Positions 10,733-20,858 of a stretch of DNA of 35,414 nt are shown piece after piece. The notes beneath the pieces are model-generated. The model ran no database searches, was not told the DNA's origin, and was given only the letters and a program-made list of their open reading frames with translations. The stretch covers positions 1 to 35,414 of the forward strand of contig CAZIYQ010000003.1 in NCBI GenBank assembly GCA_964543505.1, given 5' to 3'. How positions within the stretch are numbered: the first letter of the stretch is position 1; each line of letters opens with the position of its first letter. The DNA is from an uncultured bacterium. GTDB lineage: Bacteria > Fidelibacterota > Marinisomatia > SCGC-AAA003-L08 > JACNLC01. The position numbers were made by a program, and so were the translations under genes.

Positions 10733-11272
10733 TCAGGCCTTAATAAGACGCTCACGAAGTTTTTCCAGACGGCGTTCAATGGAGCCATCCACTATCGTAT
10801 TACCAATGCGGAATTTTGCACCGCCAATGAGTTTTTTGTCTTCGACCGTTTTCGTGTAAACCTGTTTGTTTAAAAGCTTCTCCAAACGATGCGTTATTTC
10901 AGCCAGGCTGGTGGCATCCGGTTTTTGTGGCACAAAAATAGTGACATTCACCATTGATGGGTCAGCCTCTGCCAGCCGATTATATCCATGGATAATATCC
11001 ACCAGTTTATCAAGCAGACCATCTTTTATCAGCAGGCTGATAAGTTCAGTTTCCAAAGCAGTGATGTGACCGGCAAGCACCGTATTGAGAATTTTTAACT
11101 TATTTTCGGGCTGCACGCGTCTCGTGATCAGCAGCTGTTTGAAAGCGGGAATAGTTTTATATATCTCAAGAATTGCATTGAGACGCATTTCCGTTTCATG
11201 AACTTGTTGCAGTTTTGCAGCCGCTGAATATAAGGACTGAACATACTGACGAAGAGCTCTCTGAACGTTCAT
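10733..11272 (-). CDS. atpH: ATP synthase delta subunit
   Basis: 179 aa, lies between atpF and atpA, C-terminal LIGG...IG..IVDGS motif. Confidence 0.92.
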   Translation of the reverse strand: MNVQRALRQYVQSLYSAAAKLQQVHETEMRLNAILEIYKTIPAFKQLLITRRVQPENKLKILNTVLAGHITALETELISLLIKDGLLDKLVDIIHGYNRLAEADPSMVNVTIFVPQKPDATSLAEITHRLEKLLNKQVYTKTVEDKKLIGGAKFRIGNTIVDGSIERRLEKLRERLIKA

Positions 11273-11757
11273 CAGGCTTTGCCAATTTCCATAAGGGTTT
11301 TTTCTATAAGTCTGCGATTGTCATCTGTATCCAGGTTTTTTTCAATTACCTTTGTAGCTGCTTTTACGGACAAATCAACAACTACTGATTGGATTTCCCG
11401 GATGGCTTTTTCTCTTTCGGCTTCGATCTGATCTTTGGCACTTTCAAGCATTTCAACAGCTTTGGTATGGGCATTATCTTCGATGGATGCCCTGACTTTC
11501 TCTCCGGTCGCCTTGCCCTCAGACACTATCTGTTGTACTTCTGCCCGAGCTTTTTTGATCATTTCATCGTAGTCCTGCGAGACTTTATCTGCTTCGGCAC
11601 GCGCTTTATCTGCTGCGCTTAGCGCCTCACGGATATCTTTCTCACGGTTCTCCAAGGCTTCTAGAATTGGTTTCCACGCAATTTTGCGTAGAAGCACCAA
11701 AAGCAATAAGAAAGTGATGACAGTCCAGGCTAATAATCCGCCGTGAACTTCTAACAT
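11272..11757 (-). CDS. atpF: ATP synthase F0 b subunit
   Basis: N-terminal TM helix followed by WKPIL.ALE.RE and a long coiled coil. Confidence 0.95.
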   Translation of the reverse strand: MLEVHGGLLAWTVITFLLLLVLLRKIAWKPILEALENREKDIREALSAADKARAEADKVSQDYDEMIKKARAEVQQIVSEGKATGEKVRASIEDNAHTKAVEMLESAKDQIEAEREKAIREIQSVVVDLSVKAATKVIEKNLDTDDNRRLIEKTLMEIGKA

Positions 11758-11775
11758 TTTATATTCCTCTTAAGG

Positions 11776-12006
11776 TTATTTGCCCTGTAATAAGAAGCAG
11801 GTAACTAATGCGAATAAAGCCACACCTTCGATGAGGGCGGACATGATCAACGCTGTTGTTCTGATTTCGCCTGTTGCTTCCGGCTGACGCCCTGTTGCTT
11901 CTGCTGCGGATGCCGCAATATTACCGATTCCGATTCCTGCACCTATTGTCGCAAGTCCTGCGCCCAGTCCTGCGCCCAGGTATGCTGCCCATACTGCTAC
12001 TTCCAT
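11776..12006 (-). CDS. atpE: ATP synthase F0 c subunit (probably H+-coupled)
   Basis: GAGIGIG, RQPE loop, and ion-binding Glu in ALIEGV; lacks the Q...ES/T Na+ signature. Confidence 0.97.
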   Translation of the reverse strand: MEVAVWAAYLGAGLGAGLATIGAGIGIGNIAASAAEATGRQPEATGEIRTTALIMSALIEGVALFALVTCFLLQGK

Positions 12007-12042
12007 ATTATCATTTCTCCTTTATTGAGTGATTGTATCCTG

Positions 12043-12975
12043 TTAATGTTCGTCGTGTTCAGCCACAGCCATACCAATGAAAATTGCCGATAATAAGGCA
12101 AAAATGTAGGCCTGCAAAAAAGCAACGAACAATTCAAGCATGTTGATTGCAATTGCCATGGGGACGGACCCCGCCGCAATCCAGTAATTTTTCAAATTGA
12201 TGATTATTCCCAAAAATGCAAATATAATAATGTGACCTGCATTCATATTTGCAAAGAGCCTGATGGCGAGGGCAAAGGGTTTGGTAAACAAACCAAAAAT
12301 CTCAGCGGGTACCATGATGATTAAAAGCACTTTAGGAACTCCCGGTGTGGCAAAAATATCTTTATAAAAATGTTTATTCCCAAAAATAATATACGTTACA
12401 AAAGTAATGATTGCGAGCCCCGCTGTTACGTTGATCGAGCCGGTAGCGGTTGCACTCCCCGGGATAATTCCCAATAGATTCGTCACCGTAATAAAAAAGA
12501 AAAAAGTCAGGATCAGCGGTAAAAATTTATCGCCCTGTTTCTTTCCCATATTGGGATAAACCACCTCATCCCTGATAAAGACGATGAAAACCTCGAGCAA
12601 ATTCCCGAATCCCGATTGAACCTGGCGTCTTTTTTTATAGCCCAGAGTGAAAAATAAGATGATCAGTAGTCCGGACAGCCACATCATTACCACCTGTTTA
12701 TTAATTCCCAGGAACGGTTTGCCACCCTCTTTATAAATTTCAATTTCGATAGGTTCCAGAGGATGTAAGGGATTGAATATTTCAAATACGCGATCATCAG
12801 TGATGTGATGCATGATCACCTCCCCGGTTACTCCTTCTGCATGATTTCCTTCAGTGTTATCGGAGATGTTATGAGTTTCATTCGTCGATGATGGAGTCGT
12901 ATTACTCTGGTGTTGTGCAAAACAGAGGCAGGCCGTAATCAGCAGTGCTGGGAGTGTTGTTATCAGTTTTCTCAT
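12043..12975 (-). CDS. atpB: ATP synthase F0 a subunit
   Basis: LAIRLFANMNAGH (essential Arg) and LQAYIF. Likely start ATG 12975, overlapping the atpI TGA. Confidence 0.95.
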   Translation of the reverse strand: MRKLITTLPALLITACLCFAQHQSNTTPSSTNETHNISDNTEGNHAEGVTGEVIMHHITDDRVFEIFNPLHPLEPIEIEIYKEGGKPFLGINKQVVMMWLSGLLIILFFTLGYKKRRQVQSGFGNLLEVFIVFIRDEVVYPNMGKKQGDKFLPLILTFFFFITVTNLLGIIPGSATATGSINVTAGLAIITFVTYIIFGNKHFYKDIFATPGVPKVLLIIMVPAEIFGLFTKPFALAIRLFANMNAGHIIIFAFLGIIINLKNYWIAAGSVPMAIAINMLELFVAFLQAYIFALLSAIFIGMAVAEHDEH

Positions 12976-13358
12976 GCGGGGATACCGGGATTCTGTTTTG
13001 GGAGAATTTTTATCCATGAAGTTATTTCAGTCCATTGGTGAATAATGTAGAAAAACATGAAAGAAATGAAAAAGGGGATTGATTGTACATGACCGTTACT
13101 GATCATATAAAGGGCAAAGCCAATGAGGAAAATCATTCTGACCAACATTCCACCATACACATATTTGGTGAACACCGTGTTTTTCTCACGGAAAAAATGC
13201 ACAGCAAGAAGATATCCGGCAGTGGCATTAAGGAGACTGAGTCCGAAGGCAATCAGTAATTCCCGGCTGTATTGTGTCCACCACGCCAAAAACGGGAAAA
13301 GACCGATGATGATCAGGACTACAGTTTCCACGGTCACGATTTTTAAAAAGAGTTTCAA
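12972..13358 (-). CDS. atpI: ATP synthase protein I-like membrane protein
   Basis: Four hydrophobic segments, GGMLVRM motif, directly upstream of atpB. TTG start is uncertain. Confidence 0.7.
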   Translation of the reverse strand: MKLFLKIVTVETVVLIIIGLFPFLAWWTQYSRELLIAFGLSLLNATAGYLLAVHFFREKNTVFTKYVYGGMLVRMIFLIGFALYMISNGHVQSIPFFISFMFFYIIHQWTEITSWIKILPKQNPGIPA

Positions 13359-13365
13359 CTAATTA

Positions 13366-13557
13366 CTACTTTACAGATTTAATTAGGTTATACGTCCCTG
13401 CGAAAATTCCAAAAAATATTCCCAGGATGCTACCCCAGGGTTCAAAATTGAAATATTCACCTATCTTTGATCCGATCCACCAACACAACAGCATGATCAG
13501 AGTCATCTGGATGCCGGCAGATGAGAATTTCCCCCATTCTTCAGGGGTATTAGTCAT
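13366..13557 (-). CDS. AtpZ/AtpI-family small two-TM protein
   Basis: 63 aa with the pattern GIQM...WWIG..IG.YF..EPW...LG.FFG..AG.YNL; first gene of the atp cluster. Confidence 0.8.
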   Translation of the reverse strand: MTNTPEEWGKFSSAGIQMTLIMLLCWWIGSKIGEYFNFEPWGSILGIFFGIFAGTYNLIKSVK

Positions 13558-13960
13558 TCGCCGTTGGTTTTTTCCCTTGAATTGAGGCGATGACAGAGCT
13601 TTTATTGCTCATATTGGATTGGCCATCAAATCTTGCACCTTCTTCGATAACCAATATTTTTGCCCTGATATTCCCTTCAATGAAGGATTTGGAGCCCAGG
13701 ACAATTTTATTTTCCACCGTAATATCACCTTTAATGCTCCCGCTGATCATAACATTGGAGGCCTTTATCGTGCCTGTGACCGTTGAATTTTCACTAGTTC
13801 GCACGGTTCCGGTTGCAACGATATTTCCATTGACCCTACCATGGATCATGATACCACTCTGGACATTGATGTCACCATTGATCTCGATTTTTTCACCGAG
13901 AATGGAGTTCATTTTATCAGCCGGTTTAGTGGAGTGAGACATCTTTTCGTTTGTACTCAT
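13550..13960 (-). CDS. Bactofilin (polymer-forming cytoskeletal protein, CcmA/DUF583)
   Basis: SILG..IEINGDI...IHGRVNGNI...VTGTI.A.NVMISG.I.GDI...IEGNI.A..LVIEEGARFDG beta-helix pattern. Confidence 0.93.
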   Translation of the reverse strand: MSTNEKMSHSTKPADKMNSILGEKIEINGDINVQSGIMIHGRVNGNIVATGTVRTSENSTVTGTIKASNVMISGSIKGDITVENKIVLGSKSFIEGNIRAKILVIEEGARFDGQSNMSNKSSVIASIQGKKPTAND

Positions 13961-14624
13961 CAATTAATTTTCTTGGGTCTAATAAGTGGTCATTTTTCCA
14001 AATCTCAAAATGCAAATGAGGCCCTTCGGTAATACCGGACCCGCCAATTTTTGCAATCGGCTGCATGTATGATATCGATTCCCTCTGTTGAACCAGATTT
14101 GTATCATTGTGACCGTAAACTGTAAAAAAGCCTTTATCATGCGCCAGTATGATCATGTTGCCCATGTCCGGCAGATACCCTGAAAAAACAACGAAGCCAT
14201 CAGCCGGAGCATGAATAGTTTCACCGACTTTGGCGGCAATGTCAATTCCCGAATGGAATAAATCGGGTGATAGATTAAAGCCCTGGGTCACATATCCTTC
14301 AACAGGAGGCGTTATTGGAACCAGTGTATCTAAATCTGCAATTCGAGTTTTCAACAGAGATTCGTAATCCGGAGATTTTTCCAGCAGATCAAGACCATTA
14401 AGATCTGAAATAACCGCAAGGGCATCCCGCTTAAAAATCCGCAGATCAGATACTTCATTTACAAGATCATCATGGGAAATAACTCTGTTGAATCCAATAA
14501 TGGTCAGTGCAGCGATAGCGATGACAAAGAACAATCCGGGAATAAACCACTTTTTTGAAAAAGAGAAACTGTGGCTGACATCTTTATCCGTAACCATCAG
14601 CAGTGTGTAAATCTTCTTTTTCAC
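13926..14624 (-). CDS. Membrane-anchored M23 family metallo-endopeptidase
   Basis: N-terminal TM helix; Zn motifs HSGID (HxxxD) and GPHLHFEI (HxH). Confidence 0.93.
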   Translation of the reverse strand: MKKKIYTLLMVTDKDVSHSFSFSKKWFIPGLFFVIAIAALTIIGFNRVISHDDLVNEVSDLRIFKRDALAVISDLNGLDLLEKSPDYESLLKTRIADLDTLVPITPPVEGYVTQGFNLSPDLFHSGIDIAAKVGETIHAPADGFVVFSGYLPDMGNMIILAHDKGFFTVYGHNDTNLVQQRESISYMQPIAKIGGSGITEGPHLHFEIWKNDHLLDPRKLIDEYKRKDVSLH

Positions 14625-14693
14625 CCTTAAAAAAAGCTCGCAAAATTATGGTTAATTTGGTAGGTCCGACAATTAATAATATTTTTTTCCCGC

Positions 14694-15569
14694 TTAATTC
14701 TCAAGTTGGGTAATCAACTCGAGGAGCCTATTGAGATCTTCGTCCGAATAAAATTCCAGGACAATTTTCCCTTTTCCTGTGCGCTTTCGGTCAATCATGA
14801 CCTTGGTCCCAAGAACGGAGCGAATCCGGTTTTCCACATCAATGATAATCTGTGGTTTAACGGCGGATTGTCTTTTGCGGTTCACATTACCTGTCCGATT
14901 TTCAGCGAGTTTGCGGACTAACTCCTCGGTCTGCCGCACACTTAAATGATCCCGGAGGATTCGCTCGTACAAATTTTCGATGGCTGTGCTGGTTTCAAGC
15001 CCCAGCATGGCTTTGGCATGTCCGGCAGTGATTTTACCGGCCCGAAGAGAATCCTTCACCTTGGGGGGCAGCTTCAACAAACGCAGGGAATTAGTAACGG
15101 CCACTCTGCTTTTGCTGACTTTTTTTGAGATTTCTTCCTGAGTCATGCCGTGTTTTCCGGCGAGAAGTGCAAATCCCTCTGCTTCTTCGATCGGGTCGAG
15201 GTTTTCACGTTGGATGTTTTCAACCAGGGCCAGTTCCAGCATTTCAACATCCGTTTCGACGCTGATGACATAAACGGGTACGGTGGGTAATCCGAGTTCC
15301 AGGGCAGCCCGCAGTCGTCGCTCACCCGCGATCAACTCGTATTGTCCATTTCCCACATCGTGAACCGTCAGCGGCTGAAGAATTCCATTTTCACGGATAG
15401 ATTCGACAAGGTCGTGCATTCCTGCTTCTTGAAAGTTCTGCCTGGGCTGATTGCGGTTTGTGACAATACTGTCTGTGGGGACTGCACCTTCCATGTGGCG
15501 GTCCCTGTCCTCTGTTGAGTAAGTTGTGATCAGGGCTCTAAGCCCCTTGCCTAATCCCTTTTTAGTCAT
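14694..15569 (-). CDS. parB: Chromosome partitioning protein ParB/Spo0J
   Basis: N-terminal KGLGKGL, QPR, LIAGERRLRA, ENIQRENL, HTH region, C-terminal dimerisation domain. Confidence 0.97.
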   Translation of the reverse strand: MTKKGLGKGLRALITTYSTEDRDRHMEGAVPTDSIVTNRNQPRQNFQEAGMHDLVESIRENGILQPLTVHDVGNGQYELIAGERRLRAALELGLPTVPVYVISVETDVEMLELALVENIQRENLDPIEEAEGFALLAGKHGMTQEEISKKVSKSRVAVTNSLRLLKLPPKVKDSLRAGKITAGHAKAMLGLETSTAIENLYERILRDHLSVRQTEELVRKLAENRTGNVNRKRQSAVKPQIIIDVENRIRSVLGTKVMIDRKRTGKGKIVLEFYSDEDLNRLLELITQLEN

Positions 15570-16338
15570 TATTCACCAACATTTCTGATACAAGGCTCAT
15601 ATAATTCTGGGCACCCATGGATGTGGCGTCATAGAGCAAGATAGGTTTACCATGACTGGGGGCTTCCCCAAGACGAACATTTCTTTTGATAAAGGTTTTG
15701 TAAACCTTATCTCCAAAATATTCTTTCACCTCTTGGACGACCTGCCTGGAAAGATTAAGCCGATTATCGTACATTGTGATTAAAATCCCTTCAATTTCCA
15801 GGGTTTTGTTGAGATGTCTCTGTACCAATTGGATGGTATTTAATAGCTGAGACAGGCCCTCGAGTGCAAAATACTCACACTGAATGGGGATCAGAACAGA
15901 ATTGGCTGCGCTCAATACGTTAATGGTCAGGAGCCCCAGCGATGGCGGACTATCAACAATGATATATTTGTATTTTCCACGAATTTCGGTGAGGGCTTTT
16001 TTTAGTTTGTACTCTCTGGAGTACATGCTGACAAGCTCAATTTCAGCACCGACAAGATCTTTACTGGCGGGGAGTACCTGTAGGAACTCGAGATCGGTTT
16101 TATGGATAGTATCCTCAATGGAGCTCTCTCCAATCAAGAGGGAATAAATTGAACCTTTCAATTTGGCCTGATCCACACCCACCCCTGTGGTAGCATTGGA
16201 TTGAGGATCCATATCCACCAACAGAGTCGGTATCTCAGCAACCGCAAGGTATGAAGCAATATTAACGGCGGAGGTCGTTTTACCAACGCCCCCCTTCTGG
16301 TTAGAGATTGCTATGATCTTTGTATCAAATACTTTCAT
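15562..16338 (-). CDS. parA: Chromosome partitioning ATPase ParA/Soj
   Basis: NQKGGVGKTT, DMDPQSNAT, DSPPSLG, QCEYFALEG, EAPSHG. Likely start ATG 16338. Confidence 0.97.
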   Translation of the reverse strand: MKVFDTKIIAISNQKGGVGKTTSAVNIASYLAVAEIPTLLVDMDPQSNATTGVGVDQAKLKGSIYSLLIGESSIEDTIHKTDLEFLQVLPASKDLVGAEIELVSMYSREYKLKKALTEIRGKYKYIIVDSPPSLGLLTINVLSAANSVLIPIQCEYFALEGLSQLLNTIQLVQRHLNKTLEIEGILITMYDNRLNLSRQVVQEVKEYFGDKVYKTFIKRNVRLGEAPSHGKPILLYDATSMGAQNYMSLVSEMLVNND

Positions 16339-16636
16339 TTTATGAATATACCAAGTGTAAAATTTACTGAGTGTAAAGCTGCTATGCAATAAAAGTGAAC
16401 ATGTTATTTTCTTTATTTTTCTCAGGTATGAAGGGGCAAAATGGGGTTGACCCGCTGATAAAATTCCGAAACAAAAACGTTTGTTGCATAAGGAGATCGT
16501 TTTAAATTGGCAGGCTTTTTCCGGGTTATTTTTGCGTGTTTGACACGTAAATTCCAGGGGAATTCACTAAACATATATACGATTGGATGGATCGTTATTT
16601 CTAAATGCAACACTCTTTATTAAGAAAAAGAAGACT

Positions 16637-18559
16637 ATGCTGAAAAGTACAGGAATGAGATGGTTAATAATTGGTGCAGTTTTACTGTTCAGTGCCTACA
16701 AGCTCTGGCCCTCTGTCACCTACTATACCATGTCCGAATCTGAAAAAACCCAAATGGAAACTGATGCACCGGCCGACCTGCAAGATCTCTATCACAATGT
16801 GATTAATCTTGGTCTTGATTTACAAGGGGGTATGCATGTCGTTTTGGAAGTTGACATCCCCATACTGGCACAAAATATGGCTAATGAAAAGGATCAACAT
16901 TTACTGGATGTAATCGAAAAATCCAAGAATGCAGCTATTGCCAAAAACACAGATTTTTTCACAGAATTTGAGATATTGGTGAATTCAGCCAATATCCGGC
17001 TCGTAAAATATTATTCTGATCTTGACGGGCTTTCGGGGAAAGATAATGCAGATGTCATTACAGCCTTAAAACAACAAGCCGAAGATGCCATTGACAGCGC
17101 TCTTGAAATTATCCGTAATCGTGTTGATGAATTTGGAGTATCAGAACCAACCATTCAGAAATCCGGAAAAAGCAGAATAATTGTCGAACTCGCAGGTATC
17201 AAAGATGCTGACCGCGCCCGGAAACTTTTACAGAGGACTGCTTTGCTTGAGTTTATATTGGTGAAAAATACCGATGATTTCCAGCAGGTACTGAACAAAC
17301 TTGACGAGACTTTAAAAGAATCACCAATTGTGGATGCAGATACTTCAATGGTAGATGAAGTTTTAGCAGAGGTCGATACAACCGCCAGCACTGATACAAC
17401 CCGGGCAGGCGAAGAAGTGGATGAGTTATTCCCAACAACTGCAGATGAATCTGAAAATGATCTTTATACAACTTCTGCAAAAGTTCTAAAGAACAAACCC
17501 TTTTCCGGTTATCTCAAATCTTTCAGAGGTGGGTATGGAGTTTTTGCCGCAGATATTGATAATTTCCAGAAATTACTGGACAATGACGAAGTCAAAAAAT
17601 TGATTCCAAGAGACGGAGCTTTTGTTTGGGGTAATAAACTCATCCAGGTCACAGGAGATGATGGCAATGTGCTTGCTTATAAAAGAATCTATTATATGAA
17701 CAGTGAAGCTGTTCTCACCGGAGGGGTTGTTACCGATGCCAGAGCCAATCTCGGCGGAGTCGGGTCAAATGTTTCGGGGCAGGCAATTGTGAACCTCACG
17801 ATGAATGCAGAAGGGGCAAAAACCTGGGCAAGATTTACCGGAGCGAATGTGGGTCGGAACGTCGCCATTGTTTTGGACAGGAAAGTTTACATGGCTCCAG
17901 TGATACGGGACCGTATTCCTGGCGGTAGAACCCAGATCAGCGGATTGGATGATATCGAAGAATCAAAGGACATCGCCAATGTGTTGAGGGCAGGAAAATT
18001 GCCTGCTCCTGTGAATGTTGTCGAGGAACGTACTGTCGGGCCATCATTGGGACATGATTCTATTCTCGCTGGTTCAAACGCAATGCTATGGGGCTTTTTC
18101 GCAGTGATTTTATTTATGGCATTATATTATAAAGGATCCGGTGCACTGGCGGATCTTAGTTTGTTGCTGAACGTATTTTTGGTTCTCGGTGCATTATCGA
18201 TGCTGAAAGCAACGCTCACACTCCCGGGTATTGCAGGGTTGATCCTCACGATCGGTATGGCTGTGGATGCCAATGTGATTATTTTTGAGAGAATCAGGGA
18301 AGAATTGGATAAAGGTAAAACGGTAAAGGCGGCAATTGATGCAGGTTATTCCAGAGCGTTCGTCACGATTCTGGATGCCAATATCACGACTTTGATCGCT
18401 GCATTCGTATTGGCCTGGATTGGATCCGGGCCAATAAAAGGATTTGCAGTGACCTTGAGCATTGGTATTCTGGCTTCCATGTTTACCGCCGTATTCATTA
18501 CCAGGACAATCTACATGATGTTTGGTAAGAAAAAACCCATTAAAGTATTGAGTATATAG
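16637..18559 (+). CDS. secD: Protein translocase subunit SecD
   Basis: LGLDLQGG, IRNRVDEFGVSEP, TVGPSLG, GMAVDANV.IFERIREE, DANITT. Likely start ATG 16637. Confidence 0.97.
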   Translation: MLKSTGMRWLIIGAVLLFSAYKLWPSVTYYTMSESEKTQMETDAPADLQDLYHNVINLGLDLQGGMHVVLEVDIPILAQNMANEKDQHLLDVIEKSKNAAIAKNTDFFTEFEILVNSANIRLVKYYSDLDGLSGKDNADVITALKQQAEDAIDSALEIIRNRVDEFGVSEPTIQKSGKSRIIVELAGIKDADRARKLLQRTALLEFILVKNTDDFQQVLNKLDETLKESPIVDADTSMVDEVLAEVDTTASTDTTRAGEEVDELFPTTADESENDLYTTSAKVLKNKPFSGYLKSFRGGYGVFAADIDNFQKLLDNDEVKKLIPRDGAFVWGNKLIQVTGDDGNVLAYKRIYYMNSEAVLTGGVVTDARANLGGVGSNVSGQAIVNLTMNAEGAKTWARFTGANVGRNVAIVLDRKVYMAPVIRDRIPGGRTQISGLDDIEESKDIANVLRAGKLPAPVNVVEERTVGPSLGHDSILAGSNAMLWGFFAVILFMALYYKGSGALADLSLLLNVFLVLGALSMLKATLTLPGIAGLILTIGMAVDANVIIFERIREELDKGKTVKAAIDAGYSRAFVTILDANITTLIAAFVLAWIGSGPIKGFAVTLSIGILASMFTAVFITRTIYMMFGKKKPIKVLSI

Positions 18560-18560
18560 A

Positions 18561-19451
18561 ATGAGATTATTTAAGAACACAAAATATGATTTTTTAGGCA
18601 AGAGCAAAATTGCTGTTTCCCTTTCTCTTATTGTGATCGTGGCAGGTATGTTGTCGATCATGGTAAAAGGCGGACTTAATTTATCCATCGATTTTACCGG
18701 TGGTACGATTGCCCAGTTGAAATTTGAGGAACCCGTTGCAATCCCAGAATTAAGGGATTTACTACAGGGTAAGGATCTTGGGAATATTGGTGTTGTTGCC
18801 TTCGGTGATGAAAATGAAGTGCTGATTAAAACGGCTGCATCGGGGACAATAGTTGAACAGAAATTAAGTAATGCATTCGATGATAAAAAGTTTGAAATTC
18901 GCAGGATTGAATCGGTAGGACCCAAGATCGGTAAAGAGCTAAGTACAACTGCAGTCAGGGCAATCCTCGTGGCATTGATCCTGATTTTGATCTATATTGC
19001 GTTTCGTTTTGATTTCTATTATGCGATAGGGGCGGTAGTTGCCTTGATGCATGATATTTTGATCACGCTGGGACTTTTCTCACTGTTGAATTTGGAGATC
19101 AACCTGGAAATCATCGCTGCCTTTCTGACGATTGTGGGTTATTCGCTGAATGATACTATTGTTGTATTTGACCGCATCAGAGAAAATATTAAGGCACTAT
19201 CCAGGGAGAAGCTTGAAACCATCGTGAATACAGCGCTGAATGGTACTTTAAGCAGAACGGTCATTACTTCTGTCACAACCCTGATCGTGGTTGTTATTTT
19301 ATTCATTATTGGTTTGTCGATCATTCAATTATTTGCTTTTGCATTGATTGTTGGTGTGATTGTAGGAACTTATTCCTCAATATACATTGCGAGCCCGGTA
19401 ATGGTTTATTTTGAAAACCGCGCCGGCAGAAAAATGAAAAAGAAAAAATAA
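18561..19451 (+). CDS. secF: Protein translocase subunit SecF
   Basis: IDFTGG, VGPKIG, HD, GYSLNDTIVVFDRIRE, GTYSSIYIA. Confidence 0.97.
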   Translation: MRLFKNTKYDFLGKSKIAVSLSLIVIVAGMLSIMVKGGLNLSIDFTGGTIAQLKFEEPVAIPELRDLLQGKDLGNIGVVAFGDENEVLIKTAASGTIVEQKLSNAFDDKKFEIRRIESVGPKIGKELSTTAVRAILVALILILIYIAFRFDFYYAIGAVVALMHDILITLGLFSLLNLEINLEIIAAFLTIVGYSLNDTIVVFDRIRENIKALSREKLETIVNTALNGTLSRTVITSVTTLIVVVILFIIGLSIIQLFAFALIVGVIVGTYSSIYIASPVMVYFENRAGRKMKKKK

Positions 19452-19480
19452 AATCCAATTCTAAAGTGGTATTATAATAA

Positions 19481-19513
19481 TAAAAAAACTCCGGATACTT
19501 CGGAGTTTTTTTA
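19481..19513. terminator. Intrinsic terminator after secF
   Basis: Hairpin AAAAAACTCCG-GATACTT-CGGAGTTTTTT, with the T-tract about 30-60 nt after the secF stop. Confidence 0.85.
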
Positions 19514-19555
19514 TGTAAAAACGCATAATTTTCGCGGTATAAATTAGAGAGAAAA

Positions 19556-20839
19556 ATGGCAATTATATCCGTCACCGGGGGTCAGTGGGGAGATGAGGGC
19601 AAGGGGAAAATTGTAGATCATCTCAGTGCTAATGTTGATATCGTCGCTCGTTATCAGGGGGGTGCAAATGCTGGGCACACCGTCTATATCAAAGATCAGA
19701 AAATAATTCTTCATCAAATACCCTCCGGAATTTTAAGACCAGAATGCCATTGCATTTTAGGCAATGGAATGGTTATAGATCCCATCAGTTTAATGGATGA
19801 GATCGAGATGCTTAAACAAAACGGGATTGATCCTGAAGGTCGCATTCACATTGCGAATACTGCCCATATCGTTACCCCTGTTCACCGGGCCATTGACAGT
19901 GCCTCCGAAAAAAACATCCTTCAGAAAATTGGCACCACCTGCAGAGGCATTGGCCCCGCTTATGTGGATAAATACAATCGCAGGGGGATCAGGGGACATG
20001 ATTTGTTCCAGCTAGATAATCTCATGGAAAAGGTTGAAAAAAGACTGGCCGACGCAGCTGTCCACGGTGAACTCTTTGACCAGTCTACTGATGCTGTCAG
20101 TGATGAATTCCCGAATTTCTTTAAAAGTGCTGAGGCTATTTCTCACATGGTTATGGATACTTTCCATTATATACATGAGAGATTAGAAAATGGTGCTAAT
20201 ATTCTAATAGAGGGTGCTCAGGGAACCCTTCTGGATATTGACCACGGGACCTATCCCTTTGTAACATCTTCCAATTGTTCGGTGGGTGGGATTGCCAACG
20301 GTGTGGGCATCCCGGTTACGGCGATTGACCGGAGAATAGGAATTTTTAAGGCATACACTACCCGTGTGGGCGAAGGTCCCTTCCCAACCGAGTTGTTTGA
20401 TGAAACCGGAATCCGTCTGCAGAAAAAAGGGGGCGAATACGGTTCAACAACCGGACGCCCCAGGCGCTGTGGCTGGTTTGACGGTACCCTGGCGCGCTAC
20501 AGTGCCCGGGTCAATGGTCTAACTGAAGTTGCTCTGACAAAGCTGGATGTTCTCGATGAACTGGATGAGATCAAAATCTGTACAGCCTACGAAGTTGACG
20601 GGCAACAAACAAAATATCTTTCAGAAGTACTTTATCGGCTTGAAGACGTAAAGCCGGTCTATGAAACCCTTCCGGGCTGGTGTGAACCCACCACCCAGAT
20701 TGAACATTTCGATGAATTACCGGTCAGGGCCGAACGTTTTATCAGAATCCTGTCTGAAATAATGGAAACGCCCATAAAATTAGTATCAACGGGACCCGAA
20801 CGTGAACAATTGATTTCCGCTGAAGTTCGTTCGGCGTAA
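19556..20839 (+). CDS. purA: Adenylosuccinate synthetase
   Basis: GGQWGDEGKGKIVD, GGANAGHT, EGAQG, TYPFVTSS, TTGRPRRCGW, TKLDVL. Confidence 0.98.
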   Translation: MAIISVTGGQWGDEGKGKIVDHLSANVDIVARYQGGANAGHTVYIKDQKIILHQIPSGILRPECHCILGNGMVIDPISLMDEIEMLKQNGIDPEGRIHIANTAHIVTPVHRAIDSASEKNILQKIGTTCRGIGPAYVDKYNRRGIRGHDLFQLDNLMEKVEKRLADAAVHGELFDQSTDAVSDEFPNFFKSAEAISHMVMDTFHYIHERLENGANILIEGAQGTLLDIDHGTYPFVTSSNCSVGGIANGVGIPVTAIDRRIGIFKAYTTRVGEGPFPTELFDETGIRLQKKGGEYGSTTGRPRRCGWFDGTLARYSARVNGLTEVALTKLDVLDELDEIKICTAYEVDGQQTKYLSEVLYRLEDVKPVYETLPGWCEPTTQIEHFDELPVRAERFIRILSEIMETPIKLVSTGPEREQLISAEVRSA

Positions 20840-20858
20840 CTGATCAGTTAAAAGAATC

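Noticed and set aside
16339-16636. parS site or sigma70 promoter between parA and secD
   Set aside because: No match to TGTTTCACGTGAAACA, only short inverted repeats. TTGACA at 16540 has no good -10 at proper spacing.
19963-19971. Perfect DnaA box (TGTGGATAA)
   Set aside because: It is a single copy inside the purA coding sequence and plausibly arises by chance.
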